DNA from: Bacilli bacterium
GTDB taxonomy: Bacteria > Bacillota_I > Bacilli_A > ML615J-28 > CAG-313
Direction of reading: 5' to 3'
Assembly: GCA_017409905.1 (NCBI GenBank)
Contig: JAFQRV010000034.1
Coordinates: 8,277-72,276 of the forward strand
DNA: 64,000 bases
Shown here: positions 20,312 to 27,866 of the stretch, piece after piece
Layout: each line of letters starts with the position of its first letter
How positions within the stretch are numbered: position 1 is the stretch's first letter
The notes under the pieces: generated by a model
What the model saw: only the letters and a program-made list of their open reading frames with translations
The model's database searches: none
What the model was told of the DNA's origin: nothing
Translations under genes and position numbers: made by a program

Positions 20312-22957
20312 TTATTTTTCTGTTACTAATGAAACTTTATGGATATCACCAGTCAAACCCTTATATGGTGATAATTCAGCTTCAGGAGTAAATGTTGAAG
20401 TATCGATTTTATCAGTGTTATATGCATATAAGTCGTCTCTTTGATAAGTTGGTAATTCAACAGCTAATTGCATTACGATATCTAATGCTTGTGAATATAA
20501 TTCAGCACGTCTTGTTTGATCATTAGTTTCTCTAGCGTCATCAATTAATTCTGATAATTCTTCAATTAGACCTTTTTCATATTCATACATTGTACTATTT
20601 GGATTTAAGATTTGTTTGTAACCCCAGTTTAGAGTTGAAGTTGCATTTGAATCTTTATGATAAACTTGATACATATCAGGGTCAATTGTAGAACCCCAAG
20701 CAGCAGCCCAAACTGTTAAAGCACCTGATGATAATTTGCTTAAGGCGTTAGCATCAGTTACAACTTTTACATTGAAGCCAACTTTATTTAAAATTTCCAT
20801 CGCATGATTCATTGCTCTCCAAGCAGGGTGGTCAGTTTCTTGACCAGCAATAGTAAATGTATAATTTAATTTATCTTTACCTTTATAATAGATTCCATCT
20901 GAACCTTCTTCATAACCGCCTAATTCAACAATTAAATATCTTAAGAAAGCATGTTGTTCTTCTTCTGTTAATTTTTGACCAGAAGTTTTACCAATAGATT
21001 CGATAAAATCTACATAATTTGGATTAACCAAATCTAGATTTTCTGGAATAACTCCACCAATATATGGATAATATGGAGTACAGTTTTCTGGATATGCCCA
21101 ACTTGATTTAGACATTGGACGATAAATTGCTTCAGCTGTTGTTTGATAATAGTCAACACATTCTTGAGTATTAATTGAATGCATAATAGCTTGTCTTACA
21201 TAAATACTAGGAACTTTACCAGCATTAATACCGATATAACCATAACCAGATGTTTGAATTGATGTATTACCAATACCATTTTCTTTTTTACCGTCCAATT
21301 CTGCAATTGTTTCAGGTTTTGCGTTTGGTTCTACAAAGTCAACTTCACCGTTATATAAAGCATTTAACATTTGTGCAGATGATACAACTTGGAATCTTAA
21401 TTTCTTAATTTTAGCTTCACCCATAATGAAGTATGGATTTCTTTCGAAATAAATTACACCTAAGTCATAGAAATCAGCAGCTGTGATATTTTCAATACCA
21501 CCAGATGCTTTACTAGCAGCATATGCACCAGCACCTACAGGAACACCAATTTTAGCTGGATTTTTAACAACTTCATTCATGAATGTTTGTGAACTATATT
21601 CCACACCAAAGTTAGATTCAAAGTCGAATGCATTAATATGTTCTTCATCAGAATAGTAATACATTGGAGCAACCGCAAATGAGAAGTTCCAAATTGCTTT
21701 AGGGTCAATATTATGAATAGCAATACTTAATACTTCATAAGAATCTTGTTTAATAACACCATTTTCATCATATTGTGGAACACCATATTCAACACCATTT
21801 ACTGTAACTGGATTATCTTTGTTTGCAAACTTAATACCTGAAATATTTTGATATTCTCTAACTACATCACCTTGATAATAATTTTCCATTGCTTCAAATA
21901 CAATAAAATTAAATAATTCAGTTGATGTCATCCAATAAGTAACTACTTCTGATAATTTTGCAGGCATCATCGCATTGAATACAAAATCAATAGCTTGTTC
22001 TTTTGTATAATGTTTTGCTTCTTCCACACTACCAAATGAATTAGTCAATTCAGCAGCTTTTTTGTCCCATTTAATATAACCTTCATTGTATAAGAATACT
22101 TCTACGTCAGTTGTAAATAAACCTTTATGAACATTACCTTTATCATCAGTAAATACTGTATCTTCATATGAGTTCATTGAGTTACTATAATCTGTTTCTA
22201 ATTCTTTTCTAAACAATTCGATTGTTTTATCAAAATCTTTTACAATATATTTATTTGATTCGTAAGCAGAAGTATCTTTAAGTGATTCTAAATAATCAAC
22301 TAACGCTTCTCTATATGTATTAACATTTGTGTAATCATTTTTTGAATTAATATCCATATCAGCATAAACTAAAGATTGGATTCTACTTGTTGCTTCATTT
22401 TCAAAAGCTACTTTAAAGTTTTCTTGTTCTGTTTCATCTTCGTCTGATGCTTGAGTTCTATATTCTTTTAAACCAACAATATCAGTAGAATAGATTGTAC
22501 TAGAACCACTATATACAGGATCTAGATAAACATATAAGTTAAATAATACGTCTTTGATTGTCAAATAAGATCCATTTGAAAAACGTACGTTATTTTTTAA
22601 TACAAAGTAATATGTAGTAATTTGATCAATATCTTTTTCACCAACAGTTACAATTTGTAAATCTTTTGTAACTACTGCTTCATCATCACCATAAACTACT
22701 TTACCAAATTCATCATTTCCAAGCATTCCAATTTGTGTCATACCTACAACTGATGAGTCAGTAGCTGATGTACTAAAGAATGGATTAAATACTTTATCAA
22801 CTTCTAGAGTAGAAAATACTAAAGCATCTGATTCATTATCATAAACATTTTTCTTATTGTTATTTTGAATTACTTTAACCACAATTAAAGTAACCACTGC
22901 AACCGCAACAACGGCAATCGCAATAAACACAATTTTTTTAATTAACTTCTTATTCAT
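20312..22957 (-). CDS. oppA: Oligopeptide ABC transporter substrate-binding protein (family 5), TM-anchored and oversized
   Basis: FNPFFS, VRFSNGSYLTIKDVLFN, PVGAGAY, VRQAIMHSIN, ELPTYQR; N-terminal TM helix with no lipobox Cys; 881 aa. Confidence 0.88.
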   Translation of the reverse strand: MNKKLIKKIVFIAIAVVAVAVVTLIVVKVIQNNNKKNVYDNESDALVFSTLEVDKVFNPFFSTSATDSSVVGMTQIGMLGNDEFGKVVYGDDEAVVTKDLQIVTVGEKDIDQITTYYFVLKNNVRFSNGSYLTIKDVLFNLYVYLDPVYSGSSTIYSTDIVGLKEYRTQASDEDETEQENFKVAFENEATSRIQSLVYADMDINSKNDYTNVNTYREALVDYLESLKDTSAYESNKYIVKDFDKTIELFRKELETDYSNSMNSYEDTVFTDDKGNVHKGLFTTDVEVFLYNEGYIKWDKKAAELTNSFGSVEEAKHYTKEQAIDFVFNAMMPAKLSEVVTYWMTSTELFNFIVFEAMENYYQGDVVREYQNISGIKFANKDNPVTVNGVEYGVPQYDENGVIKQDSYEVLSIAIHNIDPKAIWNFSFAVAPMYYYSDEEHINAFDFESNFGVEYSSQTFMNEVVKNPAKIGVPVGAGAYAASKASGGIENITAADFYDLGVIYFERNPYFIMGEAKIKKLRFQVVSSAQMLNALYNGEVDFVEPNAKPETIAELDGKKENGIGNTSIQTSGYGYIGINAGKVPSIYVRQAIMHSINTQECVDYYQTTAEAIYRPMSKSSWAYPENCTPYYPYIGGVIPENLDLVNPNYVDFIESIGKTSGQKLTEEEQHAFLRYLIVELGGYEEGSDGIYYKGKDKLNYTFTIAGQETDHPAWRAMNHAMEILNKVGFNVKVVTDANALSKLSSGALTVWAAAWGSTIDPDMYQVYHKDSNATSTLNWGYKQILNPNSTMYEYEKGLIEELSELIDDARETNDQTRRAELYSQALDIVMQLAVELPTYQRDDLYAYNTDKIDTSTFTPEAELSPYKGLTGDIHKVSLVTEK

Positions 22958-24083
22958 TGTCTTCTTCTCCTGTATTAATTATAATTTCAATATTATTTAG
23001 TTGTGATTCACTATCAATTTCAACACTGATTTGTTCTTTTGTTGTGTAGTAAATTAAATCAGTATCTTTATTGAATGGATCTTTTGGTAACATTGTATAA
23101 CTATAGTTACCCTTTATTGTGACATTTGAAACTTTTGAATTAGTTATTTTATTCGCAAGTGGAACAACAACTATTTTATTAATTCTTGAATTAAATGTAT
23201 TTACTTCATAAATAACATTTTCAAATGTTACATTTTGAATAGTAGCATCTTTGATATTATCAAAAATACCAATATATAAATTTAATAAACTTTCATCTTC
23301 ACTATCTTTTACTAATCCAGTAAGTGAAGAATCATATTTAACTTTAAAATTACTAATCTTATGATCATTACCCATAAAGATTTTGTTGTAATCCGCAAAA
23401 CTAAATGTTTCTCCTTGTAAATCAATATCTGCTACTAAATAAATATTTTTATTTAAACTTTTCTTTAACTCTTTCGCAGTTGATACAATTGCATACTCAC
23501 CTTCTAGATACTTAACAATAACATTTACAGCAGTATCAGTTTCCCCTCCAGGATGTTTAAAGTTTTCATCCCAAGGATTTTCATTTTCATCATAATAGCC
23601 AAGTGGTGTATAATTCGGTCTTTTTTCGGCATATTTAGCCCAGTCTTCAAACTTTTCACCTGGTTCTACAGAATAACTATTAATTACTTGTAATTGGTTA
23701 TTTTCATCATAATAACATACATTATAAGTATATTTAATTATCTTTTCCCATTTAGCATATAGTGTAATACCTTTATCAGTAATTGAATCTTTTTCAAAAT
23801 CCCATTTATTCTGATATGTATTTTCTGTATACCAACCTTCTAATGTATAACCAGACTTTATAATTTTATCTTTAGATAAAGTTTGTGGATCTTTAATATA
23901 ACAATTATTCCCATCATACTGATAATATTGTTTAATTGGAAGTGTACAGTTTTGAAATGTGCCTCCTTCAAGGTTATAAATAACCTTTACTCCATCAGGT
24001 TCATTGTTTTCTTTATTACATCCATTTATAAAAAATAGGCCAATAATCATAAAAATAAATATTAGTATTCTTTTTTTAACCAT
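22950..24083 (-). CDS. Lipoprotein with InlB B-repeat (Listeria/Bacteroides repeat) and a beta-helix-like C-terminal domain; first gene of the opp operon
   Basis: Lipobox INGC; YNLEGG..KSGYTLEGWY..WDF..ITLYAKW; IYLVADIDL..FMGNDHKISN..IQNVTFEN. Confidence 0.8.
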   Translation of the reverse strand: MVKKRILIFIFMIIGLFFINGCNKENNEPDGVKVIYNLEGGTFQNCTLPIKQYYQYDGNNCYIKDPQTLSKDKIIKSGYTLEGWYTENTYQNKWDFEKDSITDKGITLYAKWEKIIKYTYNVCYYDENNQLQVINSYSVEPGEKFEDWAKYAEKRPNYTPLGYYDENENPWDENFKHPGGETDTAVNVIVKYLEGEYAIVSTAKELKKSLNKNIYLVADIDLQGETFSFADYNKIFMGNDHKISNFKVKYDSSLTGLVKDSEDESLLNLYIGIFDNIKDATIQNVTFENVIYEVNTFNSRINKIVVVPLANKITNSKVSNVTIKGNYSYTMLPKDPFNKDTDLIYYTTKEQISVEIDSESQLNNIEIIINTGEEDNE

Positions 24084-24129
24084 ATTTTTTACCTCCTAAT
24101 ACGATATTTTATCATTTTTTATTTATCTT

Positions 24130-24158
24130 ATTATACACCCATTTTACATATATGTAAA
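24130..24158 (-). promoter_or_regulatory. Sigma-A promoter of the opp/protease operon, with a 16-bp perfect palindrome over the -35
   Basis: TTTACA (24158-24153), 17-bp spacer, TATAAT (24135-24130); palindrome TTTACATATATGTAAA at 24143-24158. Confidence 0.7.
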
Positions 24159-24207
24159 GAATTAAAAACTGAATTTTTGCTGAAAACGCTTTTTTTGAGG
24201 AAAAAAT

Positions 24208-24250
24208 AAAAAAACTCCGAAAAGAATTTTAATCTTTTCAAAGTTTTTTT
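24208..24250 (-). terminator. Probable intrinsic terminator after the amidase-psuG-hypothetical genes
   Basis: Imperfect hairpin AAAAACT..GAAAAGA / TCTTTTC..AGTTTTT with an A-tract on its left. Confidence 0.5.
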
Positions 24251-24903
24251 TACAAAAATATTGTTCTTTTATAATTAAATTTTATGCTTTTTTTACTATT
24301 TTTTAAGTGATAGGAATACTTTAAAATATCATTATATGACATCTTTACTGATAATACTTTTTTGCCTTTTCTTAATTCACAATATTCTAATTCTTTATTA
24401 ATTAAACTTTTTATCAGTATTAAAACTTCTGTACAAAGAACTTTTGGATCTTTATTTTCAAATCCTGTACGATCAAATAAACTTAAATCATTTAAAGTTT
24501 TACCATAATAATATTTATAACTAACATGAGTATTAACTATTTTTAGTTCTAAATAAGTTTCTTCATAAATAATAATACCTTGATAATCATTTCCAAAATA
24601 TATATGATTTCCGACAATGTTAATATTTGTAATTGTTTTTAGTTCTTTAATCAAGCTATCATGTATCTCTTTTTCTAAAAGTTCAAAATAATTGTTTTTT
24701 ATCTTAAGAAAGTAGTTCATATTTAACCTATGAACTACTTTTTTTATTATTGTTAAAGTAAGGGGGACAATCAATAATAATACAACAAAAACAATTGATT
24801 CATTATTTCGAAAATAGAAATTATTATAGAGTTTGAAAAATATTAAAACTAATATAATCCATAAAAGAACAATCCAATAATAATATCTAATTATATGTTT
24901 CAT
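24250..24903 (-). CDS. Hypothetical membrane protein with two N-terminal TM helices
   Basis: 217-aa ORF coupled to psuG by an ATGA overlap. Confidence 0.65.
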   Translation of the reverse strand: MKHIIRYYYWIVLLWIILVLIFFKLYNNFYFRNNESIVFVVLLLIVPLTLTIIKKVVHRLNMNYFLKIKNNYFELLEKEIHDSLIKELKTITNINIVGNHIYFGNDYQGIIIYEETYLELKIVNTHVSYKYYYGKTLNDLSLFDRTGFENKDPKVLCTEVLILIKSLINKELEYCELRKGKKVLSVKMSYNDILKYSYHLKNSKKSIKFNYKRTIFL

Positions 24904-25808
24904 AGTTTTTTTAATTCTTTTGAAATTAATGCAGCAAGTTTACAGTTATTATAAACTAAATGTTTATTAGACTCTAAACTTTGACCTTTTGTAATTTCAT
25001 TTATTTTGCTTAATAAGTATGGTGTTACTTTCTTTCCAGTTATTTTTAAGTTATTCATTTCAACTAAAGCAGATTGAATGGCATTATCCATTTCAACTTT
25101 GTCAAACGAATATTTCTCTTCTATAGGGTTTGTGATAAGTATACCATTATTAATTTTCAAGTCCTTTTTAGCCTTAATTACCTTTGCAATTTCTAGTGGA
25201 GTATTGATTCTAATAGGAACTTCTATGCCACTATTTCTTGTAAAGAAGGCAGGTAAGTCATTAGTATTATAACCAACTACTAAGACACCTTTTGTTTCTA
25301 GATATTCTAGTGTTTTAGGTAGGTCTAAAATTGCTTTTGCACCAGCACAAACAACACAAACATCAGTAATTGCAAGTTCTTCAAGATCAGCAGATATATC
25401 CCAAGTTTCTTCTACACCACGGTGTACACCGCCAATTCCGCCGGTTGCGAAAACATCAATTCCTGCAAGTTTAGCGATTATCATTGTTGCAGCAACGGTT
25501 GTAGCACCTGATAATTTATTAGCAACAACATATGCCATATCACGTCGTGAAACTTTTAAAATATCTTTGCTTGTTGCCAGATATTCAAGTTGTTCTTCAT
25601 CCACTCCAACCACTAAATCTCCATTAATAATAGCGATAGTAGCAGGAATCGCACCATTATTTCTAACAGTTTCTTCACATTTTTTAGCAACCTCTAAGTT
25701 TGTTGGATAAGGCATTCCATGAGAAATTATTGTTGATTCTAATGCTACAATTGGTAAATTATTATCAATTGCATATTTAACTTCTTTACTATAAATTATG
25801 TTATACAT
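24900..25808 (-). CDS. psuG: Pseudouridine-5'-phosphate glycosidase
   Basis: VALESTIISHGMPYP, ATGGIGGVHRG, DISADL, GAKAILD, TPYLL. Start reassigned to ATG 25808 (TAATG overlap with the amidase gene). Confidence 0.95.
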   Translation of the reverse strand: MYNIIYSKEVKYAIDNNLPIVALESTIISHGMPYPTNLEVAKKCEETVRNNGAIPATIAIINGDLVVGVDEEQLEYLATSKDILKVSRRDMAYVVANKLSGATTVAATMIIAKLAGIDVFATGGIGGVHRGVEETWDISADLEELAITDVCVVCAGAKAILDLPKTLEYLETKGVLVVGYNTNDLPAFFTRNSGIEVPIRINTPLEIAKVIKAKKDLKINNGILITNPIEEKYSFDKVEMDNAIQSALVEMNNLKITGKKVTPYLLSKINEITKGQSLESNKHLVYNNCKLAALISKELKKL

Positions 25809-27757
25809 TAGGCAATCCATTCCCAAACATTTAAGTCGACTGTATCTGGTTGTAAAGTAATAGTTACAGTTTTTTCAAAATGATATGTTCCTTTTGTTAC
25901 TTCTAAAGTAATTGTTACATCAGTTGGTTTAGTTACTGCTTTTGCATAATATAAACCATTTCCACCTTTAGTAAATAAAGTGTCTAAATTAGAAACAGTC
26001 CATTTTACTTCTGCATCTCTTAAGTGTAAGATTGCATAATATTCTTGTGCAACATAACCTAAAAATTCATTGTATCTATCTGTTCTAAGCATATAGCTTG
26101 GACATTCTTTACCTGCTGTATCATAATGTCTAATTACATGTTCAAATCCTAAATTATGATTATACATTAGGTTTGCAACTAATTTTGCATCATGTCTCAT
26201 AGAACCATCATAATTACCATCTCTATTAATACACATTTCGATACCGATACTATTAGAGTTTTTAAATGGTAAATGTCTACCATAGTCACCACCAGCATGC
26301 CAAGTATATACATAATCACTAAATGATTGATAAATTTGTCCTTCATCAACTTGATAATTCCAAGATGCTTCACGATAAGCTCTATTACCGTCAGCTTGAT
26401 CTTTTTGAATTTTTGCTAATAATTCAGCATCGTTTCCAACACCAGGCATTCCTGATTCATGTACTACAATCCAAATAATATTATCATCATTTGGCAAGTT
26501 ATTTCTGAATGTATCATATACAGCTTGTTTTTCTTCAACAGTTGCATTTGATTCCCAACCATAATAATACTTAAAATGATTATAGAAAGCATCTAAACTA
26601 GATGTTCCAGATTTACCATATATTGTTGTACCTAAATTTTCATCTAATGTTGGATGTTTGCCACCCCATGCTTTTGCAGTTCCATTATAGTTATCTGTAT
26701 CAATTAAATAACTCTTATTGATTGTCAATGTACTACCAGTTAATAAGTTCAATACACCACCAGTATTTACTTTAACTTGATGATGTAAGAAGTAATCATT
26801 ATCAGGTCCATATTGTTGATATAAGTAACTATGATGTGCAGTAATTTCAGTTGGCATAATATAATTTAAATAATCATTTAAGAAACCTTCTTCAGTATTG
26901 CCACCAACATTATTTACTCTAAATTCATATGTAGTAGAAAGATCATTATAAGTAATTTTTACTTTTATAACATCGCTTACATATTCAACAGGACGAACAA
27001 ATTTTCCATCTTTTGTCATTAAAATTTTTGTTCCACCAAGCCAAGTAATTTTTGATGGATATTTTTCATGTTCTGTTGGTAAAGTTTCTAGTTTGCCACT
27101 CAAATGGGCATCTAATTTTTCTTTAGTCCAATTTGAAATTATTTCTAAAAAGCCTTTATCTGAATATTTCATAACTTTTACCTTTTTATAATAAACACGT
27201 ACTTCATTAGTTTCAGTATTTGTTATAGTCATTCTTACATAAGTTTCTTGATCATAATCTTTTTGATTAATTAAACCATTATTATCGATTACATCTTGAT
27301 TTAAAGACTCATATTTTACTTCAAAAGTAGAATATTTAGAAAATTGGAAGTTTCCATTATTAGTATATGTGTTTTTAACAGCTACTTCATACATATTATA
27401 AGCAACTGTAAACTTATCTTTTCTATCTACTAACGCAGTAATGTTATAATCAAAAGTTTCTTTATTTCCATTTTTAAAATAATTAGCAGTTAATACTACT
27501 TCAGTAGTTTCACTTGGCATAATAAAATAACCTTCATTAGTTATTACTTCTGGATTACTTGATTCCCAAACAACCTCTACTGTATTATCAGAATTGTTGA
27601 TTGGTAAAACAATTGAATTATTAATTTCTTTAGGTAATTTTATACCATAAAGCCCTTCAATATAATCTTGTTCATTTTTATCTGAATTATCATTATCACA
27701 TCCAAAAATAAAAAGGCAAAATGCTAATAATAATATAGTTGTAAAAATCTTTTTCAT
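25808..27757 (-). CDS. Lipoprotein with Ig-like stalk and a C-terminal zinc N-acetylmuramoyl-L-alanine amidase (Amidase_2) domain
   Basis: Lipobox IFGC; IVVHES, ASWNYQVD, WHAG, SIGIEMC, RHYDTAGKECP. Start reassigned to ATG 27757 with RBS AGAGGA. Confidence 0.88.
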   Translation of the reverse strand: MKKIFTTILLLAFCLFIFGCDNDNSDKNEQDYIEGLYGIKLPKEINNSIVLPINNSDNTVEVVWESSNPEVITNEGYFIMPSETTEVVLTANYFKNGNKETFDYNITALVDRKDKFTVAYNMYEVAVKNTYTNNGNFQFSKYSTFEVKYESLNQDVIDNNGLINQKDYDQETYVRMTITNTETNEVRVYYKKVKVMKYSDKGFLEIISNWTKEKLDAHLSGKLETLPTEHEKYPSKITWLGGTKILMTKDGKFVRPVEYVSDVIKVKITYNDLSTTYEFRVNNVGGNTEEGFLNDYLNYIMPTEITAHHSYLYQQYGPDNDYFLHHQVKVNTGGVLNLLTGSTLTINKSYLIDTDNYNGTAKAWGGKHPTLDENLGTTIYGKSGTSSLDAFYNHFKYYYGWESNATVEEKQAVYDTFRNNLPNDDNIIWIVVHESGMPGVGNDAELLAKIQKDQADGNRAYREASWNYQVDEGQIYQSFSDYVYTWHAGGDYGRHLPFKNSNSIGIEMCINRDGNYDGSMRHDAKLVANLMYNHNLGFEHVIRHYDTAGKECPSYMLRTDRYNEFLGYVAQEYYAILHLRDAEVKWTVSNLDTLFTKGGNGLYYAKAVTKPTDVTITLEVTKGTYHFEKTVTITLQPDTVDLNVWEWIA

Positions 27758-27842
27758 ATATATTTCCTCTCTTTTCAACTTATTATAACATATTTTTTAT
27801 TCCTTGTATAGTGTTTATTTTATTTTTAATAAAAAATGGAAA

Positions 27843-27866
27843 AAGACCTTGTAGATACAAGGTCTT
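27843..27866 (-). terminator. Intrinsic terminator after pheT
   Basis: Inverted repeat AAGACCTTGTA / TACAAGGTCTT with an adjacent A-tract. Confidence 0.75.

Noticed and set aside
24160-24195. CodY box upstream of the opp operon
   Set aside because: The best alignment I found to AATTTTCWGAAAATT has about 5 mismatches, which is not meaningful in such AT-rich DNA.
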